A stretch of DNA of 64,000 nucleotides from Yuukianura sp. NJ FZ-2021 (GCA_046563655.1 CM102290.1:11594001-11658000), one strand, 5' to 3'. Positions 25,534 through 40,100 are shown, counted from the first letter of the stretch. Numbers and translations: made by a program. Notes: generated by a model from the sequence alone, not told the origin.

Positions 25534-25651
25534 ATAATCGACTTTAGCTCTGCTTCATGTTCGTCTCAGTTCACACCGTGACGAACGTAGTAAGGATTCC
25601 AGGATCTGCTTAAAAATAACCAACTTACGTCATAGTAGATTCAGAAATTAA

Positions 25652-26887
25652 TTAATAGTCTAGGGCCCATTCATTTTCAGAGACAAAGGCATCCACGACT
25701 TCTTTCATCACATAGTTTGGGATGAGCTGATCCGATGTGAGAGCAACGCGGGTCACGGGGTCAAAGTGTCCAACTCGCATCAAGTGGTCTTCGATGTCCT
25801 TTCGCTCGTAGGTGATTCCGCTTGGCGTAATCACAGGGTCGCGGAGAATTTCGAATGAAATCTTGCCGCAAAGATAGTCAGGAACTTCGCGCTTCTATTT
25901 TTAGGAATTTAAGAATTACTGGACTTATTATCCAATGGAAATGTTGGTAACAAAATACGAACTTACGCGACGACGTTCATCAACGACTGAGAACAAATTG
26001 TTGAGTTCACTCATGCAAGTATCAGAGAAGGACTCTGCTTCAGCAATGGCATTGTTCACATCTGAAGAGCTGGTACTTCCATCTTTTTCAGCAGCGACTC
26101 GTAGAGCTTCCGTCTAGAATCATTTTGAACGAGGAGTTACGTTACAGGTTAGATTTCAAATCTGACGTGCATCTGAACAGTATTCTGACCTGACGCTCTC
26201 TGTCTTCTCGAATGAGCCGAGTAAGATAGGACTGAAGCTCAATTTCGCGAGACAAACGCTTGTTTTCTTGAAGTTCAAATCTCTTCTTGCGCCAAAGTCT
26301 TAATACTTGTGTCATCTCGTCCCCATAGTTCAGTCTAAGCAAATCAAGCATCATACAAGGTTATATTTTTTATATTTACGATTTCTACGTATGGTAACCT
26401 ACTAAAATAGACGAAAGTATGTTCTTTACCTCTGTTCTCGTGATAAATCAACAGCACGTTGAAGATGTTTAACACCCTCGTCAATGAACTCCATTTCACA
26501 CAACGCCTGGCCGAGAAAGAAGTGCGACTTGATATGGGTAGGATCTAATTCTAAGGCCGAGTGACAGTCAGCTACAACTGCATCGTACGAATTCAACCTG
26601 TAACAACAAAAACGTTATTAAAAGACTAAAGACCTAATGCAATTTAGCAACGGACAACCTGGTTAAATGTTAGATAGCCTGACTTATCAATAGACTAAAC
26701 GGACTTACTTTAATCCTACCAAGGCTCTGTTTGAAAAGTAGATTGGATTTGACGGATTTCTGATGATTGCGTTAGTGTAGCACTGCGCTGCCTTCTCATA
26801 CTCGCGTCCGGTAAAATACTGATTGCCCTTTTCCTTGAAGTCTTTGTCCGTCATGGATGCAAATGACTTTTTCTGCTGAGTAGACAT
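25652..26887 (-). CDS. STUB1: E3 ubiquitin ligase CHIP (TPR + U-box)
   Basis: [11 protein letters not shown]...[13 protein letters not shown]...[15 protein letters not shown]-box: [47 protein letters not shown]. First ATG at 26887. Confidence 0.96.
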
Positions 26888-28149
26888 GGCGATGGCACCC
26901 AACTGGCAAGGAACTACGTGCTTCGCAGTTCCACTCCTAATGAAATGAAAACCAAAACTAAAGTGTCATAGGTAGCTTAGCTTGATGGTTATTTATGATT
27001 TCAAATGATTAACTTACAAATCCAAACACCCCACTAGAAATGGCCTCTTGTATATGATCCTCTTGTAGGGTCAACCGCGTAGCCAGGAAGGTGTCAATTG
27101 TCAAACCTGTTTAGATAATTAACGCAGCAATGTTAGTTATTCAGCCAAGACTAATGGTTAGTTAAGTTGAATTGATTGGCTATTTCTAATCCCACAATTA
27201 CACATACATAAATTCTCTCGATATTCGCATGCTCTCTGTTTAGTACCTGTTAACTGGATGCTAAATGGTTGACTGAACTGAATGAGCGGTAACGAGGTTA
27301 CCGCGAATCAATTAATCAAGTGTAGCTACAACTACTGATCAGTGAAATCAGAATTAGCAGTTAGATGTTTACAAATTAATTGCTATAACTCTAAATTAAA
27401 GTTGTTTCGACTTTCCACAGGAGGAGGAGGACGAGTGGTGATGGGCTGCAGCTGTTCTGTACTAAAGCCATAGTTAATATCTCTTTTGTTATGGTTTCTC
27501 ACTACAAAATCCAGAATTAAACCAATTTATACACCACATCACCCGCATCATCTTGTCTGGGCAATCATATCATTAATCGATTACTACTTCAAACAATAGG
27601 TAAGCACACTAGACACCAGTTATATCAAATACCACTGTAATAAGATTATTATTTTACTAAAATTGATTGTATTTTTCTAGTCTTTGCCATTGATCTCCAC
27701 GGTTTTTTTTACTGTGCTGCCCACAAAGAGTAACTCTGCTTGTGATCGGGATAGGGAGATCTTCTTGGAAGATCCATTTTTACTTTGACTTGATTGACAT
27801 AAAGAAGTTGAACGGAAGATAGTAACAAGGAAAGGAGGAGGTTTCTTTCTTAATTGATTTTTAACTGATCAATTAATTCAATTTGTTAATACAGCTTATA
27901 AGGAAGTGGGACGCGCGAGCAGCTAATACACAACAACAAACCCTTTTAAGCGTAGTAACAAAAAAGTCACAAATATACAAGAAGTCAGTCGAGAATCCGG
28001 CTCCGGAACGTGAATTTACGAAATTACATCATAATTTACGAAGGATAAGTAGTTTGCTACGCCATTGGTTAGCTTAGTTCTCATCAAATTATTTATTCCG
28101 GGTCAAAATATCACCGAATCGCTAGCCAGCATTTATTGAACTGCAGGAA

Positions 28150-29785
28150 ATGCCTTCAATGTAAGTAACTTTGTCGTTTCCACTAATTCTGAGACTTGTA
28201 ATTGAACATTATTTAAAAATGAACCATAAAATCTTTGTAGGGAGTGCGAACAAGAGTTTGAGGTGCTGGAATCAATTTACAAAGAGATAGAAATTACAGC
28301 TGAGACTCCGTAAGTCTTTTTGCCTTTTGACTCACGTTTATCTTCCGCTGGAGGTTACTTGTGATACGATAAATACAAAATTATTTTCATTACGTTTTGC
28401 AGAGATGGGGGATCCTTAGTGTCCATGTTATTATATCCAAAAAGTGCTGGAGACATTGAATCTCGATATGTCACGCTCAAGTTGGAGCTTCACTTACCTC
28501 CCTCTTACCCAATAACGTTGCCAAGGATTGAGATCAGAAACCCAAGAGGGCTGAGCCAAGAGCAACTACTGGAACTGGAAACGAATTTGGACAAAACACG
28601 AACCGAATTCCTTGGCTCACCAATGCTGTTCCAGCTAATTGATCTGGTCCAAGACTTTCTGACTTCCAATAATCGACCATCAGCAGAGTGTCCGATTTGT
28701 CTCATGTCATTTACAGAATACGATGTCTTCTATACTCCAGCTTGTTATCACCATTACCATTCTCACTGGTAATTTAACGGAATGCTTATATTAATTGGTG
28801 TATTTTTAACGTTAACTCGCATGGCAGTTCGTCGCCGTCTCTTTAGTTATGTTTTCATTTTATTAGCCTTGGACTCCATCTTCAAACTCTTGTAAACGGG
28901 AAGAAAGAAGATTCTAACGGGCAGGTTAGTACAAAATTACGTGATACGATATGACATTACTATTTGCTACAACGTCGCTTTTTTAAAATTCAACCGATCA
29001 AAGTAATTAGTCTTATTATTGATAATTGTTTACTCATTTAGGCACCGAGCTCTCCTGTAGAAATTCTTTGTCCCGTCTGCCGTGTGGAGCTGGATCCAGA
29101 TATTGATATTGCCAAGCTATTAGCCAGTCCACCAGCAACTGAGGAGCATATTGATGCCACTCCCACGCTTCCTCCAAATGCCATTCCACAGGCTGATCGA
29201 AACAAGTTGGACGCTCTATTCCAAAAACAAAAAGAACAAGGCGGAATAATTGACGTCAATGAAGACTCTATTCGACTACTACGCATTTCCGATCATGGAG
29301 ACTCCACTGATCAGCAACAGGGTGAAGGTCAAGTTACCAACGAAGAACGGACTGAGGTCAATGGACATATTTCAGCGTCAGCTCAGAGACCAGATAGGCA
29401 TGTACTATCAAGAGGTGGAAGGAATCTTGGACAATGGCAGCACAATCCAAGATTTAAGACTACTCATGGTCACGGTCACCACGCTCATCATCACCACCAC
29501 CAGAATAAGTCACATAGAGGTGGTAGCAGCTTAGCATTCGCTGGTTCCAGGGGAAGTCGTAACGGTGACTACAGTCATGGACATAACCACCATCGACATG
29601 CTCTGCGTCAAGAAATCCCTCAGTTTCACAATCTTCCGAATTGTAGAGGAGGTCACCAACAACATGCAGCTTTACCGCCACACTCAAATAACAAAGTGGT
29701 GGATGGTGAAGGAGGAAAACCCGGCACGGCAGCAGTACCTCACGCCAATTTTCGCAGAAAACATCCAGCACATATTCCAAAGTGA
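28150..29785 (+). CDS. RNF25: RWD + RING-H2 E3 ligase, RNF25/AO7-like
   Basis: EQEFEVLESIY; RWD motif YPITLPRIEIRNPRGL; LGSPMLFQLID; RING CPICL...CYHHYHSHCL...CPVCR; FQKQKEQGGIID; His/Gly-rich tail. Confidence 0.88.
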
Positions 29786-31049
29786 CACATAGACACCTCC
29801 CGGGCTCTACTAAAACTGAAAAGCTATAACAATTCACTGAAGATCAGAAGGTTGTGACAGCTTAATACACCGTGTACTGACTGTTAGGGAAAATAGGGTA
29901 TTTAAGGTTAGTTTAAGTTCAGACGAAAAGATCAAAATAGAACTTTTGTGATATGAAGTCGTTGTCAGTCAATAATGCTCAGAGGAAGTTGAAGTGAAAT
30001 CTAGTCCACTCCAATCCAATCCCATAACTTATGGTAAATTGGGACAACTACATGCTAAACCGCTATCCGAATTTACATTAATCGTTGATCATAACATATG
30101 ATTGCCTAGACATTTAAGGAAATCGCAGTACTACGACTTTTTTGGTATGCTGCAAATCCCCTGCCCTGCCCCTTCTAAAATTAACATTTTAGTTAAATCT
30201 AGGAATAATCTGAGTGAATGTGAACCTGAATTTCAAATGGGACTAAATTTTGAATTAACTACTAAAATTTAACAATTAACTGCTCTCATGCCTAAAATTC
30301 TCATGTACTTTATCATTTAGTTTTTCAATTAGTTTCTTGTTCAACTTTCCAGCTGATCAGTTAAGCATTTGTGTCCAGAAACTTTCCTTCAACAATATCT
30401 GATGCCATTTTTTTTCAAGTTAATGCTTAATTGGATTGATTGATTTGGATGTAAGGAAGTTAAATTAATAAAAAGTTAAAATCCAACTTAACTTGTTCCC
30501 AGTGCCAATTAAATGAGTCTGACGTAATAAGAGGAAGGAATTACGTAGATGCTGTCGTCACATATTCTGGCATAAGATGTAGGTAGAGTACAGAAGAAAA
30601 TGGAAAGATGTTTTTGCAATTGGATATGATCAATTAGTAATTGAAGTTAAGAACGATTTGGGTAAGTTTAACTTGAAATGCACTTCGGATATTTTATTTA
30701 AAAAAAACAAGAATGGTCGGTGGAGACACTTCGTCTGCTTTGTTAGTTCATAACGTTAACCGTGTGATTAAATTAGTTCTAGTTGTAGCTAACGAACCAG
30801 CTGCGACTCGCGTTAAAGCACTTGTCAATCCGAAACAGAGTGTTTGATTAGTATAGAAACCATAATTTAAGTTATTATAATAATACCCTATATAATATGT
30901 ATATTATTTACGAGTTTGTAGGAGAGGCGACACGAGTTGTTTGTAGTAATTGTAATGACACACTTGAGGAGGATATACGAACAAATTCAGTGAGCATTGA
31001 GGAGATCAGCCATGGTGGAGGCAAGGAGAATGACCTGATATTCCGTTCG

Positions 31050-31787
31050 TCAATGAGCAAGCCAAGGATGATAAAAGAGGGCTTGCTTACTCCGGTCACC
31101 ATAGTCATAGGTTAGCTCTTCGTTGGGGTCAATGTCCCGTTTTGCAATCAAGACCAGACGAGGAATATCTTGGACTTCGATTACTTTGGGAATCAAGTTG
31201 CCATTTCGGCTGTGATTGACGAGACGTCCGAGTTTGTCTGTTTCCTCGGTTGCATCAACACTAGAAACAAACGTTATTCGGACGTGTCAGAGACGTGGTC
31301 CCTCTCAGATTCAAAAAGTAGATCCAATACCAAAACACTCACCAATACTGTTGGTTTTGGTATGTAAAATAATACATGTAACACCCAATCCTGATGTCCT
31401 GAGCGTACTTCTTCTCCCGCTTCTTGGCAGTGATAATATCGATAAGCTCTCCTGAATACTCCACCACAAACTCGTACTTGAGAAACTTCCTAGTGGCAAT
31501 GACTCCTCGTCCCTTCGATGGCATCTCTTTGACCTGGAAAGACCGCATTAATTAGTATGGTTAGAGTTCACGCCTGTAATTTCTAAGGAGTAGTTATAGA
31601 TCGGAGGTCAACTTACCTTAAGCCCATCCTGGATCTCCGCTAAGGTGGATCGTATAAGGATCTGATGTCGTTCAGCCTTAACATTTTTGTCAGTCTTTCG
31701 CTGACTTCGTCTGGCAGGAAAGAAGTCTGTGATTTGTTTTTGCTTCGGATTATTTTCTCGCTCTTTCCGCTTGGTAGTAGTACTCAT
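31050..31787 (-). CDS. KMT5A: Histone H4K20 monomethyltransferase PR-Set7/SETD8 (start codon uncertain)
   Basis: Exons 31787-31617, 31533-31343 and 31260-31050: QKQITDFFPARRSQRK (PIP degron), KGRGVIATRKF...FVVEYSGELI, GCYMYYF...YCVDAT, GRLVNHSRNGNL, EELTYDYGDRS...HPWL. Confidence 0.93.
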
Positions 31788-33229
31788 ACTGGTGTCCTGA
31801 TTGATCCACAGAATAACTGGGGTTAACTAATTAACAACTTATAAATTATTGACAAAATGACAATAGACAGGGATAAATTAAATCCGTCTGTCTAGTAGAC
31901 GGAGGAGCAGACTGGATGGATCGTCATAAATCCTTCCTGTTGCAGGAACAAATGCTGCTCTGTTTCTGTTTTTTTTTGTGCTGCTGATCTTGATCTTTTG
32001 TTGTCCGTTGAGTTCCTTGTTCTTTCCACAGTCGCAAATGAACACAAAGTTCAAATTTCAATTGACTCAATTCCTTCCCGCCTCTGCAATTGACACTAAC
32101 CCGCTGTTTACTATTTACCTTACAGCATCATCTAGCGAAGGAAAAGTAAGTCATAGTTGTGCGCCACACATCTGAGTGGTCATCCGTTTATTTGCATAAC
32201 TGATTGGTTTGACGAAGAGATGTAACTGTAATGCAATCAGAAACACCTTAAGCAAACCGTAGCCGCACACGTAACCACCGGAAGGCTTATTAAGCTTACA
32301 ACTTAATAGTTACTGAAGATGGTTACCTATGTTGCCAAGTTCCCTGTTCATTTGCGATAAGAAGGAACTATGCCCGCGTGTAACCACCGTGCAGCCATTA
32401 CCACCTTGTTTTCCACCTTCTCAGCGACTGTAATTTTTAGGATTTTTGGAAAAGTTTAGCCACTTACTGTCACTGTAGTCATTCGAATGCGTTGTAATCA
32501 AAATACAATTTCCGGCGAAGTATAGCGAATTCCTCGCGCAAACCTCCACAGTTTGAGTAACTTTAACTCTTTTTTTATATTTACAAAACGGGGACGCATG
32601 GGGAGGGGAAGGCGGAAGAGGAGCAATAAAATGACGTGCATTGTTTTGGTTTTTTCTGGAAATTACTGTAAAGCATAAAACGGAACATTAACTAATGCTA
32701 GCAACAAAGAAAATCATTAAGAATTTGTTGGTTATTGGCTGGCCGAACAAGCGTGGTCACTGTTGAATTTTTTTAAGTCGAATAACTCATGAAAGTCCAT
32801 GATCAAATGAACTTACCGTGACATGAAGTTGCGTCTGCTAAATACTGGGATGCCCATCCCTAGTTGTTCTAAAAATGCGGGAGGCCATCGCAGTCTGAAA
32901 TTTTTGCAGGAGAGCACAGCAACCGGATTGGACACTGGATTTCAAGAAGAGGAGCATAGAGAAAAATTCCCACCAAAAATATGACTGCAAGCGTCGGCAG
33001 CCGAATTAGCAATTACAATTTAGAGAAAAGTTTCTATGCATCAAAGAGCTTCGCCGACGGTAATGCTAAACCACAAAACAAGTTCTAATGAGGATTCAGA
33101 GCTTTCCAGACCCGTTTAGTTTTTCAGTCGTTTTAATCAAAATTTAGCCTTGTCTGGGAGCTATCCTATTATTATTTGGGTCCGGATTAGTACCCAATAT
33201 TAGGCTCCAATGAGTACCAAAAACTTCAT

Positions 33230-33296
33230 CTTGATGACACATTGCTAATCCACTTCAGTATCTACTTCCCCTTGATGAGATGTTGCTAATCCACTT
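33230..33296. repeat. Short direct duplication (26 nt, period 41) between PR-Set7 and sno
   Basis: CTTGATGACACATTGCTAATCCACTT at 33230-33255 versus CTTGATGAGATGTTGCTAATCCACTT at 33271-33296. Confidence 0.75.
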
Positions 33297-34119
33297 AAAA
33301 TTAAAATGATATTTAAATTGCAAGGTCATCTCTGTGCTCAATCAAACAATACGTATAAAACTCCAGACGATAGTCTTAGTCTAAGCAATTTTGTAAATTA
33401 TTTAATTAATATTACTGCTACCGTCTGGGCATTTGCTAACTTTAATGAATTTAATCGTTCCGCGTTAAACCCTTTTACCTCATTGAGAAAAAAAAAGTTG
33501 GCCAGGGGAAAATTTTAATATTAGCAAGTGACCAAAAGTACATAAGATAGAAAGTAGCACGGAGTTGAACCATCGCTCATGAACACTAGGAATAAAGTGC
33601 GACTATTTGGTGCCGACGTTTGGTGATATACGAAATCAATATCCAGTGACGATTGCAGATGAAGGCAGAAGAGAAGGGAGAGAGCTAAGCAAGAACAGTG
33701 AGTGAGTAAATCCCGATCGGTAGTGTCATTTCAATTCAATTCAATCTTTAGTTTGGAGAAGGTCTTCGTTAATCGAGGTTATTCATAATTCAAAAACAAC
33801 GTAATCGCAAGGTAATTTCGTAATTAGCCTGTTATATTGTCAAAATACTCGTTTAGCCGTTGTCAACCTATTTCTTTCTCCCGTTACTTTTCACCGGGTT
33901 GTTCACCCTACCAGGGTTCAAAAGTCCAAATTACGTAACGTAAAAGTTGAAAGCTCATTTAGATTTTAAGGGGGTTAGGGAATTGAAGTTAGTGTTCGTT
34001 GTATTTAGAAATTCGTAATTAAATGTTTTGGTGTAGCGCGAAATACGCGGTAAGTAATGTATTAACTCGATTATTTGCAGGTTCGGATCTGTCGCTGCGT
34101 TGTTAGCGTACCCTGAGCG

Positions 34120-37100
34120 ATGGGTTCTGGATCGGATTCCGATTACATGTTGCCTGGTGGCAGCTCTGGATCGGATACGGATGATCCAGATACAATTGAA
34201 GTTCCTGGAGGTGGGAAGTCGCTGACGGACGTACAGTTGCCTACAACAACCGAAACTAAAGTCACAAGTTCGTCGTCGGTGTCCGTGGTGCTACCTACCC
34301 GTGAGCAGTCACTTGCTAATCTCTATAAAGTGCACGAGAAAATGACGAGAAAGGTTCCGATACGTAGAAGACCAGAATTTTCTCTGCCAATACGCGACAC
34401 CAAATCATCGGGTGCTGTCAAAGAGGAGCCAGGAGTACAAGGGAACTTCTGCAGTAGCAGCTCAGGAGCAGTGAAGACCGTCTTGAGCTGTAATAGTGCC
34501 GCCCTCAAAAACGGCATACTTGGACAACTACAACTTGCTTCCAGTCCAGATAGCCCAGTGCTCACTCCGATAAAGCTGTTCAGCCTCATATTACCTTCGG
34601 ACTTCTTTATCCGTCTCATGGAGCAGGTCGTAGCGAAAGAAGTCAACACAACAGACTTAAGTCTTGCGATGAATATTTGCGATGATCCGGCGTTACTCTA
34701 TCTTCTCGTCAATATGGTTGTTTATCAAGGATATCCAGATTTCGTGATCCCTTTGAAGCAACCTGCAAGGTCTTTGTATCCACTTCCAGGCCTTGAAGAT
34801 CTCCCGGATATGACGCCGGCAGATGTCATCCGATACTTTAGTAAGATTTTGATTTAACATTTTTAGATTTAACGTCGTTAGTGATTACCGTCTTTTGCGT
34901 GAACTGTTGACTAAACGAAGTGCATATACGTATTTTTTCTTTCTCGATAGTATCTCTGTGCGGTTCTACCGGACTCATTGGATCAAGTGAAAACCGTATG
35001 TTTGACATATCTGACATATCCCCGATTTCTGATAGACTCGAACGGAAACGAGAAGAACACGACGGCATAGCCACTCCACAGAGTGGGAATGCCGTCGTCC
35101 ATTCAATCATCCATACAGATTTAACCATGAAATTAATATTGATTCAAATTGTATCTATACTTTTGTTTTACAGCCTACTTTTCGGAGTTACGACATGTCC
35201 TTATACACATAACTTACGAAACACGTAAGAAACTTAAGCAGTCAAGTTTTTTCACAACATGTGCTATGTAATGAGAAATTCTGTATTGTTTAAAATCATG
35301 TGTATGACAGTGTTGAGACAACGTGAAGCAGAGCTGAACATAGCCCACAGAGAGTATGAAATTAATTTGGCACAACGGTTAGCTCAAGCCAAGCAGTTAG
35401 CTATGAATCCACAGCGATACCGACCGTCGGTTGAAACTCTCTGGGGAAGTGAACCAATGGTAAGCACATGGGACGATAATTTTTGCTTTCTTCCTGCCTT
35501 CAGTTCTGAAATCATAAACTACTGCGGGTTTGAATTAATGTCATGATTTTGTTTTAGCTGCGAATGGAGATGGACCCTCCTGAACAACAAGCGGAAGAAG
35601 ATGAAGAGCATGATGAAATGCAGGTTGCGGAGACGTATGCGGACTACAAGCCGGCTAAATGTAAAATAATTGTAATCTACTTATTCTTGTATTGTTCAAA
35701 ATTATGGTTCTATTTTGCAGTGGAATACGGTAGAAAACATCCGGACCCTGTCGTAGAAACGGCATCATTGGCCAGCGTCCTTCCGCCGTCTTGTTACTAC
35801 AAACTAAATCTCCCAGACGCCGTCGTTAGTGGTGGACTTCTCTCCGCTCTTCAGCTTGAATCCGTTGTGTATGCTAATCAGCAACACGAACACTTTCTAC
35901 CAAGCAAGGAACGGGCTGGATTCCTTATTGGTAAGTTGTGTTAGTAAATTGGTTGTAGCAGCATTTTCTTTGAATATTGGTTCTGATTTTTTCCAAGGTG
36001 ATGGAGCTGGAGTGGGAAAGGGAAGGACCATTGCTGGAATCATTTACGAAAATTACTTGAGTGGACGGAAGAAGTCCATTTGGATTTCAGTGTCAAACGA
36101 CTTGGTATACGACTCGGAACGAGATCTCAGGGATATCGGAGCAAAGATCAAAGTTCATCAGTTGAGCAAAATCAAGTATGGCAAAATCGAAGGAATTCCT
36201 GAGGGGGTTTTGTTTTTGACGTACTCGGGACTCATTGGAGAAGCAGCCAGGGGAAAGAACAATACTCGCTTGAAACAAATTATTCAGTGGTGTGGACCGA
36301 AGTTCGAGGGTGTGGTAAGAGAGTTTTCATTATTTTGACAATTTAACATTACAGTGCATTGAGCGGTTCATTAACATGCGTTTTTTTTAGATCGTTTTTG
36401 ATGAATGCCACAGAGCGAAGAATCTGTGTCCTACTCAAGGAAAATCTACAAAGACTGGCATTGCAGTTCGTGAGCTGCAGGAGACTCTACAGAAGGCGCG
36501 TGTCGTCTATGCTTCGGCTACTGGAGCCTCCGAACCTCGGCATATGGCTTATATGACGCGACTCGGCCTATGGGGAAAGTCTACTCCTTTCAAGAACGTT
36601 CAGGAGTTTGTCAAGAGCGTGGAGCAGCGGTAACTGCGTTCATGCTGTAGATCATGTGTAAATTCTGCTGGATGTTAATTTTACACTCCATTTTCATTTT
36701 GTGTAGTGGTGTCGCAGCCATGGAACTGATTGCAATGGACATGAAGCTTCGTGGAGCCTATATTGCTCGTCAACTTAGTTTCCAAGGAGTAAAATTCACA
36801 GTAGTGGACGTCCCTTTGCCAGAGGAATTTGAAAGCATGTACGACGAATCTGTCCAGTTTGTAAGTTCTTAGTATACTCAAAACCACTACAACTTTCTAG
36901 TGATGATACTACTGTCAGTTGATACGTATTTTTTTTGTTTCAGTGGGTAAATGCGATGAACAAGTTCATCGAAGCCATGGTGTTTATGAAGTGTAATAAG
37001 AAGGCAAAGCGTTCCATTTGGACTAACTTCTGGGGAGCTCATCAGCGCTTCTTCAAGTATCTTTGTATTGCGTCTAAAGTGAAGCACACGGTAGAATTAG

Positions 37101-40100
37101 CTCGGTAACTACTTTAAAACATTAAAAAAAATTACGTTTACAATTTAAAGTTTGGCGCTATTCTATCTAAATGCATTGTTTTACAGAAATGCAGTCAAGG
37201 ATGGGAAGTGTGTCGTTATCGGGTTACAGGCAACTGGGGAGGCTCGAACTTTGGAGCAGTTGGAACGTGACGAGGGAGAACTAACCGAATTTGTCTCAAC
37301 GGCTAAGTAATTTTGAACATTTAGGTTTAATTTTCTTGTTTTCAAAGAAGAGGAAAGTACAAATATTTTTTTTTATCTAAACAGGGGTGTCCTTCAGCAC
37401 TTGGTTGAGAAATCGTTTCCTGTGCCTGGAAACAAAGCTGAACCGAGTAACGGGAAGGGCAAAGGAAATGGCGTAAGTTCTATGTTCCAAAACCTGTTGG
37501 ATGAAATGGAAGATGAGGCTGTGCCTGGGCCAAGCACAAGTTCCAGCAGAACTAAAAAACCAGGTAGCTATAATTAAGAATTGAAACTTTAATTTGTTCT
37601 AAAGTGGCTTAAATTGATGACAATGCTGTTGATATAGTTCGCAAAGCAGCCCAGAAACAGAACTTTAGGAAGCTCAGAATGAGTTCGGATGAGTCTGAGT
37701 CGGAAGAACACTCTGAATTTGAAATATCCGAAGACGGTTCTGCATCTGAGTCGGATTATGGTGTGTCGGAGGACAGTTCGTCCTTGGAAGAAGAGAGCAG
37801 CTCTGATGGTGATGCAGGCGAAGCTGGTAAGTTTATGAAGATGATCACCATGTCTAGATTTTTTTTTTACGAATTTTCTTGTCTGTAGGTGCCTCTGGTC
37901 GATCCAAACGGAAGAGAAAGGGAACAGCAGCTACCAAGGGCAATGCGGCTAAGAAAATCAAGGGAAAACAATCGCGTGGCGATGAGGATCCGGGAAGTGT
38001 TAGTAAAGAAGCTAAAGCGGCTGCTATCAAGATCAGGGACAACCTTATGGCAGAAATAGAAATCTTGGGAGAGAAGTTACCGCCGAACACATTGGATCAA
38101 TTGATTGATGACCTTGGAGGTCCAATGGAAGTAGCTGAGGTAAGCTTATCATTTTCACCGTTGAACGAATATGATGCTTACCATTCATGTATTCATAGAT
38201 GACTGGACGAAAAGGCAGGGTAATTCAAGATGATCAAGGATCTGTTTCATATGAAACTAGATCAGAAATTGACGTGTCTCTGGAGACAATCAACATCAAA
38301 GGTACATGTCACAATTTTTTATGCACCAAGGAACTTCATCATTGATTATTTCTGAACTTGGTCGGTTTGCAGAGAAGGAACGTTTCATGAAGGGAGAGAA
38401 GTTGATCGCGATCATCTCTGAAGCAGCCTCTAGTGGAATTTCTCTTCAGAGCGATAAGAGAGTTGCCAACCAGCGAACAAGAGTCCACATCACTCTAGAA
38501 CTACCATGGAGTGCTGATAGGGCTATTCAACAGTTTGGTAAGACAAGCATTACTTCAAAAGTGAATCCACAAATACTTGATTCCTTGTCTCTGAACAGGT
38601 CGTACCCACCGAAGTAATCAAATGCATCCACCGGAATATCTGTTCCTGATCTCTAACATGGCTGGTGAACATCGCTTTGCTTCAATCGTTGCCAAACGCC
38701 TGGAAAGTCTTGTAAGTGACATTATTAAATGAACTGTAAGTCCAATACATTGATGATCAATTACGAATCCGTTTGGTTTATTTCATTTCTAGGGTGCACT
38801 GACGCACGGTGATCGACGTGCAGCAGAATCTCGGGATCTCTCCAAGTACAACATTGACAACAAGTTTGGAAGACTGGCTCTGGGCACGGTAATGAAGAGC
38901 GTAATGCAACAGGAACCAGCCATTGTTCCTCCACCGTCACAGTATCGTACTCCACAAGCATTCTATTCTGAAGTGGCAAATGCACTGGTTGGTGTAGGTC
39001 TCGTCATCAACTCTCCAAATTATCCAGGCCAGACTGTCCTGGACAAAGAAGCCATGAACATGACCAAGTTCCTGAACAGGTAAGTTTTGAAGTCTCGGTA
39101 GGACATGGGCATTTGCTTGAGCTGTAGTCGCAGATACTGAATTGTGTTGGTGCTAAAACGTGTTTGTAACGTTTAAAGTTCGAAACTTAATCTAGTTTTC
39201 TCTAATGCAGGATTCTCGGAATGCGAATCCGGACGCAGAATGCTCTATTTCAGTACTTTACAGATACGTTGGCTGAGGTGGTGAAAATAGCCAAGCGATC
39301 TGGACGTTTCGATGTTGGAATTCTTGGTAAAGGACGATGACGAATTACTCAATTTGTTCGATGTTGAGGCTAAATGAACCTTGTTGCTAATTGTAATGGA
39401 CTTTATGATCTACTTTATCACAGAATTGGCGGACGGTGAGTTGCGTGGTGTAAACTTAATGGAATCGACTCCATATCATCGACGACATGCTACGGGAACT
39501 GGAACAATCGAACTCCACAAAATCAAAGTGAATCGAGGTTTGAGCTGGGAAGAAGCTGAATCACGCTTCAAGGGTATCGAGCGATCTGAGGAGGAAGGTT
39601 TCTACCTTGCTACCAAGGTAAATTTCATTGTAGATTTTCATTGTAGCTTCATCTCAATTGATTGGAACACCGAAGTTAATTAATTGGGTTTTCTTAGGAT
39701 ATTGATGGACGTCGACAGTGTCTACTGGCTTTGCAAGATCCGTCATCTTCTGCAAAGAAGAAGCTCTACATGATTTACCGACCACACATTGGACTTCAGG
39801 TGAGTTTAAACTTACTCATTAACGATGGTCGTAACGATTGTAGTTAGAAGCTTTTGCTTTACCAAAATTGTTGTTTTTCTTAGCCGAAGCGCGAGCACAT
39901 CTCAGCCTTCACGGGAAAATACGAGAAAGTGGAACTTATGCCTGCCAAGGTAGCATGGGAGGCTCAGTACGCCGCTTCGGAATCGAATTGCACTCATCTC
40001 TACTGGTAAGTGATGTTATAAAAATGAAAAATTGTTAGTAATTGTTATTGAAAGTGAGTAATCGTAAATTCAATTTTCGGTTTTAGGGGCCGGAGTTGCA

